From the NCBI RefSeq assembly GCF_004010195.1, contig NC_057719.1, forward strand, positions 90,440,515 to 90,485,475: a stretch of DNA of 44,961 bases, written 5' to 3'. The translations under genes were made by a program, and so were the position numbers. Origin of the DNA: Chiloscyllium plagiosum. Taxonomy: Eukaryota. How positions within the stretch are numbered: the first letter of the stretch is position 1; each line of letters opens with the position of its first letter. Positions 14,031 to 25,306 of this stretch are shown here, piece by piece. The notes under the pieces are model-generated. The model saw only the letters and a program-made list of their open reading frames with translations. It had not been told where the DNA came from and searched no databases.

Positions 14031-14744
14031 GCATCTATCTTATATTTCACTGTCTACAGAGTAAAAATCGTTGCCCCGGTCTTGCTAAACATGCCAACAT
14101 TTATTCAAAATGGAATCCAGTCATTTACAGTCATCACTGCTCCGGAACAGAAATACAAAAGCCAGGAATTCCTGCTCCTGACCAATTTACAAGTGCACAT
14201 TATGAAAAGTAGTTTACAACGAGGTTCAGAATTGAGCACTTCATGGTTACACCGCTTGCTTATATTCAAATGAAAGCAAAACATTGCAGATACTGAAGAT
14301 TTTAAGTAAAATCAAAATGCTGGAAAAAAAAACTCTGCAAGGTTTGAAGACTCAGCATCTGAGTCTTCAAAAATTACAAATTTAAATAACTGCTTTAATT
14401 TAGAGTAGAACCCCACAGGGATCTCACAAATCAATTCTCAATTAGTCAGACACAGCTTAAAATGCATAAAATTTACAAGTTACGGAAGAACGGTCTGTGC
14501 TTCTGGGGCCAAAGCACTGGACTCAGAAACACCACGAAAAATGAAACGAGATTTTAACAGCAACTTTCCAGAAATGCGGAATCTTTTCTGAAGTAGCTTT
14601 CTACTTCAATAACTTCAGGCCTCTGGCAATACTTGCCACAACTCTGTTTTGGAGTAGGCAAAGCATCCCAAGTTCTGTCATTTCAAATGCCACTCACAAT
14701 CAATAAGCAGAAATTCAGAGATCTACAGGTCAGAAAAAAAAAGC

Positions 14745-14880
14745 CTTTCACCTCTGATGAAGAGTCATCTAGACTCAAAACATTAGCTTGCTCTCTCTCC
14801 ATGGATGCTGGCTAACTCACTGTGATTTCCAGCATTTTGGCTTTCAGGACAGATGCCAGCATCTGCAGTAATTTGCTCCT
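14745..14880 (+). mobile_element. Penelope terminal-repeat short element with a degenerate hammerhead
   Basis: CTGATGA(14754-14760) AGAGTC atcta GACTC AAAA CATT, then gatgctgg..ccagcatctgcag. The GAAA box is mutated to AAAA. Confidence 0.65.
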
Positions 14881-15350
14881 TCGAGCCCATCACATCTGTA
14901 CCGGTCAAAACCACCTAATTATTCGGATCCCATTTGCTAACACTTGGCCCATAGCCTTGTATGCCTTGGCATCACAAGTGCATATGTAAATATCACAAAC
15001 ATCATGAGGGTCTCTGTCTTTACCATCCTCACAGGCAGTGATTCTCACCATCCTCTGGATGAAAAACAAACTTTTTTGGCCCTTACCTAAAATCCACACT
15101 CCTCGTAATTTTATACATCGCAATCATATTCCTTCTCAATCTCCTTTGCTCTAAGGAAAACAACACTAGTCTGCCCAATCTATCTTTCATAACTGAAACT
15201 CTCCAGCCCAGGAAATGTGAAAATCTCCACGGATCCTCTCCAGTGCCAAGACATCCCTCCTATAATGTGAATTATAGAAACTACACACAATACTCTCTCT
15301 TTCGCCTAAACAATGTCTGATACAGTTCCAGCATACTTTGCCTGCTCCTC
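14880..15350 (-). mobile_element. Older CR1 LINE 3' end
   Basis: Encodes LFFIQRMVRI; CR1-type tail cccatttgc..cacttggcccatagcc. Confidence 0.7.
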
Positions 15351-15771
15351 ACATAAACTTAAAATCTGATATCACTAACATGCAGACTCATATAAGCTGC
15401 TAAGCTAGCAATAATTAAAAAAAAACACCCATACTGACTCACTTTTTCTTCCTCAACCTGACCAAAGTAACATTACTGTACTTAGGGAATGCATGCGACA
15501 ATAAAGCAAATTCATTCATTCACCACATAATATTACTTGAGTAGCATAGAAAATTGAACGCAGTACGGGCACTTCGGCCTATGATGTTGCACCAACCTGT
15601 GAAACTAATCTAAAGCCCATCTAACCTACACTATTCTACTTTCATCCATATTTTTATCCAATGACCATTTAAATACCCTTAAAGTTGGCACATCTACAAC
15701 TGTTGCAGGAAGGGCATTCCATGCTTACTACTTTCTGAGGAAAGAAACTACCTCTGGCATCTGTCCTATAT

Positions 15772-16291
15772 TCTGGATATAGTTTTGCTTGCTGAGCTGG
15801 AAGGTTCATTTTCAAACATTTTGTTACCATTCTAGATAAGCATGAGCCTCCATATGAAGTGCTGGTTGCATGGCCCGCTTTCTATTTGTGTGTTTAGGTT
15901 TCCTTGGATTGGTGATGTCATTTCCTGTGGTGATGCCATTTCCTGTTATTTTTCTCAGGGAGTGGTAAATGGGATCCAAGTCAATGTGTTTGTTGATAGA
16001 GTTCTGGTTGGAGTGTCACGCTTCTAAGAATTCTCACGTGTGTCTCTGTTTGGCTTGTCCTAGGATGGATGTGTTGTCCCAGTCAAAGAGGTGCCCTTCC
16101 TCATCCGTATGTAAGGATACGAGTGAGAGAGGGTCATCTCTTTTTGTGGCTAGTTGACATTCATGTATCCTGGTGGTTAGATTTCTGCCTGTATGTCCAA
16201 TGTAGTGTTTGTTACAGTTATTGCAAGGTATTTTGTAAATGACGCTTGTTTTGTTTGTTTTCTGCAGAGGGTTTTTCAAGTTCACTTGCGG
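15772..16291 (-). mobile_element. Penelope-like element (Poseidon-type) 3' fragment, GIY-YIG endonuclease
   Basis: Encodes VIYKIPCNNCNKHYIGHTGRNLTTRIHE...HLFDWDNTSIL. An 11-bp target duplication ctgtcctatat lies at 15761-15771 and 16292-16302. Confidence 0.9.
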
Positions 16292-17187
16292 CTGTCCTAT
16301 ATCTATCACCCCTCAATTTAAAGCGATGTCCCCTTGTGCTACCCATCACCATCCGGAGAAAAAGGCTCGCACTGTCCACCCTATCTAACCCTCTGATCAT
16401 CTTTTATATCTCAAATAAGTCACCTCTCAACCTTCTCTCATGAAAACAGCCTCAAATCCCTCAGCCTTTCCTCAGAAGACCTTCCCTCCATACCATGCAA
16501 CATCTGGTAAATCTTCTCTGAACCCTTTCCAGTTTTTCCATATCCTTCTGATAATGCGGCTACCAGAACGGTACGCAATATTCCAAGTGTGGCCGCACCA
16601 GAGTTTTATACAGACCTCATGGCACTGAAACTCAATCCCTAGACCAATAAAAGCTAACACACCAAATGCCATCTTAACAACCCTATCAACCTGAGTGACA
16701 ACTTTCAGGGATCTATGTACATGGACACCGAGATCTCTCTGCTCATCCACACTACCAAGAATCCTACCATTAGCCTGGTACTCTGTATTCCTGTGACTCC
16801 TTCCAAAGTGAATCACTTCACACTTTTCCACATTCAACTCCATTTGCCGCCTCACAGCCCAGCACTGCAGCTTCTCTATGTCTCTCTGTAACCTGCAACA
16901 TCCTTCCACACTATACAACTCCACCAATCTTAGTGTCATCTGTAAACTTACTGACCCATCCTTCTACCCCCTCATCCAGGTCATTTATAAATATGACAAA
17001 CAGCAGTGTCCCCAAAACAGATTATTGCGGTACACCACTAGTAACCGAACTCCAGGATGAGCATTTCCCACCAACCACCACCTTCTGTCTTCTTTCAGCG
17101 AACTTTCTTGTGTTCAGTGTCTAATGCAATGTGGAGATATCTGTCAAATTTATTCTCAGTAGACTTTATTGTAGCAGTTAGACACAG

Positions 17188-17400
17188 CTCAGTGACTTAC
17201 TAAGCCATTTCAGAAGGCAGTCATGGGTCAAAAGCTTTTACACTGGGTCTAGAGTGACATGTTAGCCACATGCAAGGACGCCCCTAAAGGAAACTAGTAA
17301 ACCAAGTGGGTTTTTAACCACAATTCTGCAGTTTCATGGAAAATACAAACCTTGAATTTTTTTCCAAATTGACTTCTTTTCTTTTAAACCCTGATTACAG
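17188..17400 (-). mobile_element. Old SINE-like / LINE-5' head relic (same family as 400-680 and 34780-35070)
   Basis: Reverse complement contains aaaaacccacttggtttactagtttcctttaggg..catgtcactctagaccca. Confidence 0.55.
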
Positions 17401-17458
17401 TTTCAAGACAATCTATTTCTACAATAAGTATGTAGTTATGAATGTTCAGATTACTTTG

Positions 17459-17750
17459 GGGTGGCACAGTGGCTCAGTTGTTAGCACTGCTGCCTCACAG
17501 TACCAGGGACCCAGGTTCGATTCCAGCCTCGGGCGACTGTCTGTGTCGAGTTTGCACATTCTCCCCGTGTCTGCGTGGGTTTCCTCCCACAATCCAAAGA
17601 TGTGCAGGTCAGATTAATTTGTCAGGCTAAATTGCCCACAGTGTTAGGTGCATTAATCAGAGGGGGGTGGGTTACTTCTCGGATGGTCGGTGTGGACTTG
17701 TTGGGCCGAAGGGCCTGTTTCCACACTGTAGGGAATCTAATCTAATCTAA
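17459..17750 (+). mobile_element. HE1/V-SINE-like tRNA-derived SINE, full length
   Basis: A box tggctcagttg, B box ggttcgattcc, core tttcctcccacaatccaaagatgtgcagg, CR1-like tail, (aatct)n end. Confidence 0.92.
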
Positions 17751-18698
17751 CCAATTTCTGATCCAAACCACTAAATCACTCTCAATCCCATGCCTCCGTA
17801 TTTTCTTTAATTTTATAAATTTTATAAAATTTTCTATAAATTTTACCACATCAACCGCTTTACCCTCATCCATCTGTTTGGTCACCTTCTCAAAGAACTC
17901 AATAAGGTTTGTGAGGTATGGCCTACCCTTCACAAAACTGGGTTGACTATCCCTAATCAACTTATTCCTTTCTGTATGATTGTAATCCTCTCCCTTATAA
18001 TCCTTAACCCACAACAGAAGTAAAGCTCACAGATCTATAATTACCAGGGTTGTCTCTACTCCCCTTCTTGAACAAGGGGACATTTGCTATCCTCCAGTCT
18101 TCTGACACTATTCCTATAGACAACGACAACATAAAGATCAAAGCCAAAGACTCTGCAATCTCTTCCCTGGCTTCCCAGAGAACCCTAGGATAAATTCCAT
18201 CCGGCTCAGGGGACTTCGCTACTTTCACACTTTCCAGAATTGCAAACACCTCCTCATGAACCTCAATTCGGTTTAGTCTAGTAGCCTGTATCTCAGTATT
18301 CTCCTCGACAACATTGCCTTTTTTCTGTGTGAATACTGACGAAAAATATTAATTTAGCTCTTCTCCTATCTCCTGGGAGTCCACTCACAACTTCCCACTA
18401 CAGGCCTTGATTGGCCCTAATCTTACCCTAATCATTCTTTTATTCCTGACATACCTACAGAAAGCTTTAGGGTTTTCCTTGATCCTACCTGCCAAAGACT
18501 TCTCATGTCCCCTCCTGGCTCCTCTTAGCTCTCTCTGTAGGTCCTTCCTGGCTAACGTGTAATTCTCAAACATCCTCGCTGAGCCTTCACGCCTCAACTT
18601 AATATAAGCCGCCTTCTTCCTCTTGATGAGATTCAACTTCTTTACTAAACCATGGCTCCCTTGCTTGACCACTTCCTCCCTGCCTGATAGGTACATAC

Positions 18699-18786
18699 TT
18701 GTTGTGGTTCTGTTCGCTGAGCTGGGAATTTGTGTTGCAGATGTTTCGTCCCTGTCTAGGTGACATGCTCAGTGCTTGGGAGCCTC
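18699..18786 (-). mobile_element. Poseidon-type Penelope terminal fragment with a hammerhead
   Basis: Minus strand: GCA CTGAGCA TGTCACC tagaca GGGAC GAAA CATC TGC..cagctcagcgaac; homologous to 20403-20480 and 30710-30790. Confidence 0.75.
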
Positions 18787-19112
18787 AGAGGTTAGCACTG
18801 CTGCCTCACAGCGCCAGGGACCCGGGTTCAATTCCCACCTCGGGCGACCGTCAGCCTGGAGCTTGCATATTCATCAGGAATAATGAAGGGCTTTTGCCCG
18901 AAACGTCAATTTTTCCTGCTCCCCGTGTCTGCGTGAGTTTCCTCCCACAATCCAAAGATGTGCAGGTCAGGTGAATTGGCTAGGCTAAATTGCCCATACT
19001 GTTAGGTGTGTTAGGGTAGGATAGGGGAATGGGTCTGGGTGGGTTACTCTTTGGAGAGTCAGTGTGGACTTGTTGGGCCGAAGGGCCTGTTTCCACACTG
19101 TAGGGAATCTAA
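18787..19112 (+). mobile_element. HE1-like SINE carrying a 47-bp hammerhead-fragment insertion
   Basis: B box gggttcaattcc, V-SINE-like core and tail; foreign segment at 18873-18919. Confidence 0.88.
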
Positions 19113-19561
19113 TTTAAACAAAAGGTATACGCACGCATACTTTCTGCTATACCCAAGAATGAAATCAAAGTAAGAGGACTGGCTAGTGAGATGGCAGCCT
19201 CTGGTGGTCAAAGGTATTAAGCTGAAAAAAAACATCCAACAATCTCGCCTTGTGAGAAGTTTGGGTTCTGAAGATGGGAGACTTAGACCCTGAAGAAAGA
19301 GAAGACAAGGATAACAGTTTTCGAAAAGTAGGCTTGGAAGATATCCAGAATCACTGCCCCCTCCAAAGGTGCATCTGCACAAAGAGCCATGGGTAATTTC
19401 CCAACAGCTGCCTGAAAAATCTGGGTACACAACATCCCTGAGAGGTAGGGATATAGGGAGACAATTGTAACATTACGGACAATTCCATAAAATCAAGTTT
19501 ACTTTGTCACCCTGAATGTGGCTTCTTTCTTAATTTTGTTCCTGACATTATTGCTTCCAGG

Positions 19562-19781
19562 CAAAAGTGAGGACTGCAGATGCTGGAGACCAGAGTTTAG
19601 ATTAGAGTGGTGCTGGAAAAGCACAGCAGGTCAGGCAGCATCCGAGGAGCAGGAATAATCGATGTTTCGGGCAAAAGCCCTTTATTATTCCTGATGAAGG
19701 GCTTTTGCCCGAAACGTCGATTTTCCTGCTCCTCAGTTGCTGCCTGACCTGCTGTGCTTTTCCAGCACCACTCTGATCCAA
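19562..19781. mobile_element. 220-bp fold-back (inverted dimer) element made of Penelope terminal repeats
   Basis: Arms at about 19604-19684 and 19695-19774 are reverse complements. A 15-bp target duplication attattgcttccagg lies at 19547-19561 and 19782-19796. Confidence 0.9.
19687..19722 (+). ncRNA. Minimal type-I hammerhead ribozyme core
   Basis: CTGATGA(19691-19697) A GGGC tttt GCCC GAAA(19711-19714) CGTC; predicted cleavage after C19718. Confidence 0.75.
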
Positions 19782-20402
19782 ATTATTGCTTCCAGGTCAA
19801 GGGACGTCATGATATGGATGAATATTTCTTGTTATCCAAAACAAATTAACCCCTTCAATACTAATGTAAATTCTGAAAAGTTATTTTCAAGCTTTCTTAA
19901 AGCCAATTACAAAAACCATAGGCTTTTTCATGAAATTTCATATGTTCCTAATTTCCTGCCTTGGCGTTAAATTACATCAGAACATAACTTAATTGATCAT
20001 GATAAACAGGATTATTTATATTCTACGTTAACCACTTGGCATGTTCACTATAAAAATATTTTTTTTAAAAACTAGTCAACCATAATTGGCTCCAATATTA
20101 GCATCTTGCCTCTCTCTCTTTTGTCCTCACCCCATTCCCAAATCAAGACCTAATCCATCTTCGCCAGAAACAGGATCAAACCTGGTGGCATGTATCTGAT
20201 CCATAATAGCTATCAAATCAATCAAGCCAAACCAGTCCCTCCAGAAACAGATTGCTGACGTTTCACATATTCATGTTGTAATCTGCCATTTTCAATGGTC
20301 ACTGGCTCCATGACTGACCAGGACATTTGCTCACTCTTCCAGCCTGCCATTACCATGTGGTGGTAGGAGTTACAAGTTGACACTTAACCTGCTTTGCCCT
20401 TT

Positions 20403-20690
20403 AGGGTGTAGGTTTGCTCGCTGAGCTGTAGGTTTGATATCCAGCCGTTTCATTACCTGCCTAGGTAACATCATCAGTGGTGACCTCCAAGTGAAGCGAA
20501 GCTGTTGTCTCCTGCTTTCTATTTATAGGTTTGCCCTGGATGGGGTTCCTGGGGTTTGTGGTGATGTCATTTCCTGTTCGTTTTCTGAGGAGTTGATAGA
20601 TGGTATCTAGATCTGTGTGTTTGTTTATGGCATTGTGGTTGGAGTGCCAGGCCTTTAGGAATTCTCTGGCATGTCTTTGCTTAGCCTGTT
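20403..20690 (-). mobile_element. Poseidon-type Penelope 3' fragment
   Basis: Encodes QAKQRHAREFLKAWHS..INKH..DTIYQLL..TTDDVT*; hammerhead-like core at 20441-20480. Confidence 0.88.
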
Positions 20691-21639
20691 TGCTTTGCCC
20701 TATTATGAATGCACCTTCCTCGTGCATCAAGTGCTGCAGCAGGATTTAAATTGGGAGCTTCTGGCTCAGAGATAGTATACTACCCACTACAGCATAACAC
20801 CTCCACGACCAAAGCCATAACAGTGAAATTTAGATTTGAAATTTTCTCAAAGACACCTATACCAATTTGAATCAACTTGGTCTCTTAATGTAGCCTTAGA
20901 GGCAGATAAATATACCACTCAACGAGCTTCATAGACCAGAATGCTCAGTTCTGCTTCTTTATTAATTTAATGACAGCCCAAGCAGCAAGTGGCTTCCTGT
21001 TGTTAAAATCAATGCTCTTGGCTACACGGAATCTTAATATAATTGGCCGGGATCAAAACTGACTGGACATCAATTCTTGAGCTGCCTACTTGTATCGCTA
21101 AACACTGCAGTAGGATGTGTACTTACTCATTAAGCCAATGGAAAAGTCATAGCAGCAAGTGTGTTAGAAACAAGCAGTGAAAAGGACTTACTGGATTTCT
21201 CTGAAACTGACTCAAAATTATCTAACGACATTTCAGAATCACAAATGGTCAATATATCAACTGCAATGTCACTGCAAACACACTGACAGATCATATTTAG
21301 ATTCCTCTCTCTGCACTAAATTTCCACCTTCAACACATACTGAATGAATAGTGAGCTTTACAAACAGAAACAATTCATCCAGTATCAAAACACATGAATC
21401 CTAGACTCAAACAACCTTCATTTCCAAGCTTCCCACTTGCATTGATAAATATGCTTTTTCCTCACCTTCCCTCAAATATATCAACTCCTTCAGAAGGCTA
21501 TAGTTCTGCAAAATCTTAATCACTCTCTGGTAACTCCCTCCATTGTACTTCGACAGTTAACACCCTGAGACTATTACACCATGGAAGCATCGCAGCCAAG
21601 GTTAATCCAAGTTTCAACTGCCTGAAAACTTCCCAGGCG

Positions 21640-21880
21640 GTTTATTAAGGAGAAACTCAGAGGGTGTGTGTGACTTTGGAAGTCTGCGCCTCAAAACGCA
21701 GTGTCACTGAACATTTTTAAGGCAGAAGTAGATAGTTTATTGTGAGGCAACAATATCAAAAGGTTACCAAGGTTTACCAGGGGATGTGAAATTCCAAACA
21801 CAACCAGGTCAGCAAAGACCTTATTGAAAGATAAGCAGGCTCGAAGGGCTGAATGGCCTACCTCTGCTCCTAGTTCATAT
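21640..21880 (+). mobile_element. Old CR1 LINE 3' end
   Basis: ttttaaggcagaagtagatag..gcaggctcgaagggctgaatggcctacctctgctcct tail. Confidence 0.75.
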
Positions 21881-22399
21881 TGATTTTTCCTTTATTAACC
21901 TGGACTTTTACAATTAATGACCACAAGCTTTTCATTGCTCTTGACCCTGTTAACTCAGGACAAATAAGAAGAATCGAAATTCAGATCTGCCTACTTCCAC
22001 TTTTTTTTTTAAGAACAGTTAGAACATCAACCTGCCTCCACCTCCGCACTCACTTAGTACAGCTTTTCTCATTATTCATAACTGTAACATGGACTGTAAA
22101 TAAGTAACAAAACTTAAAGCACCATTTCCTGCACAATGGATCAAAGGCTAATATCAGATTGAATTATTAAACAAGTCAAAAGGTGCTGACCTTCAAATTT
22201 CCAAAATCAGGATTATTTTGTTAAGCATACTCACTGGGTTCACCAAAAAGATCAAAAGTATTAAGAGTTTGACGTTACATTCAGAAGTTCACCCGACTGG
22301 CAAAAAGTAGGGCTACAATTTATACCTGAGCATTCTGCAGTTTATAGATGCAACAGGAGATTTATGTTAAAACCCAACATAAAAGGTGCAGACACATAA

Positions 22400-22586
22400 A
22401 ATCCCTACAGTGTGGAAACAGGCCATTTGGCCCAACAGGTCCACACAGACCCTCCCAAGAGTGTCCACCCAGACCCATTCCTCTACCCTATTTGTCTACA
22501 TTTACCCTGACTAATGCACCTAACATAGTACACATCCCTGAAAACCATGGGCAATTTAGAATGGCCAATTCACCTAATCTGCACAT
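22400..22586 (-). mobile_element. HE1-like SINE, 3' half
   Basis: Reverse complement of the SINE core and tail (ggccattctaaattgccc..gcctgtttccacactgtaggg). Confidence 0.85.
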
Positions 22587-23946
22587 AAACAGAGTTTGTT
22601 CTTCATTGTAAATTATACTCATCTGGAAATTATACTTGTCCACTTTTGGTCTGCAGTTTCTTTTTTTTAAATTTATCATTTTGTGAGAGCTTTAGATTGA
22701 AATACAACATATTATTATTATTATTAACAATAATAACAACAACCATAACTCCCAGAGTTTCACGACAAACAGGAAGACTCTACATTTACATGATATTTAC
22801 AGATCTGACAACCAGCTGAGAATAAAAATGTGCTATATTTAAAAAGAGGAAGATGAAATAAAAACATCTGTTTTTAGTTTAAAATGTAAACAATCTCCAT
22901 CCCAAAGGGAACACTGATAAATCAAAATTCACAAGTTTAGTTTGCACTAGTCACAACTGTTTATCCTTGAATATTTTTAAACCTCTGTCAATTGTTAAGC
23001 CACTGCAACCCACAGTTGCAGTCAATATTTACATTATTACAAGGTTAAACATAATTAAATTAAACCTAATTTGATGAGTATTTCACAGATGCTCCCAAGG
23101 GTATTTACTTCCTTTCATGATAAACTAACTTAGGAAAAGACAATTTTAAAAATGATGACAAACACAGCCTGATCAATTTTAAACATATTTTTGAAAATAT
23201 TCATTACACACCAATACAGGAGTCAAAACATACACATGTTGGTTCAACCCCTTGGGCTTATTCTGCCATTCATTTACTATACTTCAGCCTCACAAAGCAT
23301 TCATCGAGTGACTGAACAGGTTTAGTCTCCAGTTTGCACTGTCAACTCTCAGTCAGGGAGACTTCAAAGGCTCTGCAATTAGTCTCAATGCCCTCAAGGT
23401 TGGGGTAACAATCAGGTACGCTACTGCTGATTACTGCAAATGGATTACTATGGATGTTGTTGATGGAGAAATGTCCGGGTTGTGAACACCCACCCTAGGC
23501 CGATCAAGCCAACAATATTTAAGGGATCACCAGTGATCAACAGCAACACTGGTGGAATCACTGGAGTAGCTAACAGACTTGAATCCATTACTCAGCAGAG
23601 ATAATCATTTTGGAAGGGGTTGGGCAGAAGAGAACTGGCAAAAAAAAACACTGCCTCCTAACATGACATCCAGCACTGTAACAATAAAATGGGCTTTTCA
23701 GGGTTAGATCACATCAGATCAGTTAGAGGCAGGATGCCTAGGTTACAGTCAGGGTCCCAGCATTAAGGGCACGAGGTTAGATTCGGAGTACAAAAGTCAG
23801 GCCACCCGGGCTAGGGGCCAAATGTTCTCCTGGCCTCAGCCGAGGATCAAAGTACAAGGGTAGGGTGGCCAAGCTAGGAGCCAAATTGCTAGAGTGGTCA
23901 GGGAGGGGTCAACCACCAGGATGGTCAAAGTGAGGGGGTGGCCAGG

Positions 23947-24446
23947 NNNNNNNNNNNNNNNNNNNNNNNNNNNNNNNNNNNNNNNNNNNNNNNNNNNNNN
24001 NNNNNNNNNNNNNNNNNNNNNNNNNNNNNNNNNNNNNNNNNNNNNNNNNNNNNNNNNNNNNNNNNNNNNNNNNNNNNNNNNNNNNNNNNNNNNNNNNNNN
24101 NNNNNNNNNNNNNNNNNNNNNNNNNNNNNNNNNNNNNNNNNNNNNNNNNNNNNNNNNNNNNNNNNNNNNNNNNNNNNNNNNNNNNNNNNNNNNNNNNNNN
24201 NNNNNNNNNNNNNNNNNNNNNNNNNNNNNNNNNNNNNNNNNNNNNNNNNNNNNNNNNNNNNNNNNNNNNNNNNNNNNNNNNNNNNNNNNNNNNNNNNNNN
24301 NNNNNNNNNNNNNNNNNNNNNNNNNNNNNNNNNNNNNNNNNNNNNNNNNNNNNNNNNNNNNNNNNNNNNNNNNNNNNNNNNNNNNNNNNNNNNNNNNNNN
24401 NNNNNNNNNNNNNNNNNNNNNNNNNNNNNNNNNNNNNNNNNNNNNN
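23947..24446. other. Assembly gap, exactly 500 N
   Basis: Run of N. The round size suggests a scaffolding placeholder, so the true distance is unknown. Confidence 0.99.
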
Positions 24447-25306
24447 CAGACGTAAGACTGACTGGTCTGTAAATGCCAGGGGTTTCCCTATTCCCCTTCT
24501 TGAAAAGAGGAACAACATTTGCCTCCTTCCAATCCACCGGTACTACTCTTGTGGAGAGTGAGGAAGCAACCTCCTTTCTCACTTCCCAGAGCAGTCTGGG
24601 ATAAATCTGGTTTGGCCCTGGGGACTTATCAATCTTAATGTTTGCCAAACTTTCCACCACATCAACGTCATCAATCTTGGTCTGTTTAAGCCCATATCCC
24701 AGCTCCTCAAAGTTCTCATTCACAACAAGGTCCCTTTCCTTAGTGAAAACCAAAGCAAAAAACTCATTTAGGGCTTCCCCTATCTACTCAGACTCTACGC
24801 ACAAGTTCCCTACGCTATCCCTGACCGGCCCTACCTTCTCCCTGATCATTCTTTTATTCCTCACGTATGAGTAAAATGCCTTTGGGTTCTCCCTAATCCT
24901 TCTTGTTAAGCCTTTTTCGTGCCCCCTCCTGGCTCTCCTCAGTCCATTTCTGAGCTCCTTTCTAACAAACCTGTAATCCTCTAAAGCTGTGCTAAATCCA
25001 TACTTTCTCCGCCTTACGTTAGCTGCCTTCTTCCTTTTGACGAGAAGCTCCTCTGTTCTCGTCATCCAAGGCTCCTTAATCTTTCCCCTTCTTGCCTGTC
25101 TCAGAGGAACAAATTCATGCATCACTCGCAACAACTGCTCCTTAAACAGTCTCCCCATGTCTGTTGTGCCCTTTCTGTGGAACAATTGCTCCAAATCTGT
25201 ATTTTCCAAATTCTGTCTGATAGCATTATAATTTCCCTTTCCCCAATTAAATAATCTTCCCTTGGTGACTGCTCCTTTCCCTCTCCAAGGCTCTAATAAA
25301 TATGAG

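Larger units (their letters stand above)
15545..18698 (-). mobile_element. CR1 LINE (ORF2 linker, RT and 3' end) interrupted by insertions at 15772-16291 and 17100-17746
   Basis: Colinear motifs RIKENPKAF, KSPEPDGIYPRVL, NPGNYRSVS, LTNLIEFFE, QMELNVEKC, RDLGVHV, RGHRFKL. Confidence 0.9.

Noticed and set aside
17459..17530. tRNA-like A/B boxes here and in other copies
   Set aside because: These are SINE heads, not cloverleaf tRNA genes.
19059..19430. 123-aa ORF after a strong acceptor
   Set aside because: No recognisable family, it runs into a SINE, and its phase does not match the candidate upstream exon.
19562..19781. Hairpin as a miRNA gene or DNA-transposon MITE
   Set aside because: The arms derive from the Penelope terminus and are asymmetric; there is no expression evidence.
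23300..23560. Possible ancient SINE relic (also about 35970-36090)
   Set aside because: Similarity is too weak to assign by eye.
23836..24753. Long ORFs (192-305 aa) across the gap
   Set aside because: They are open only because of the N run; the real part is CR1 ORF2.
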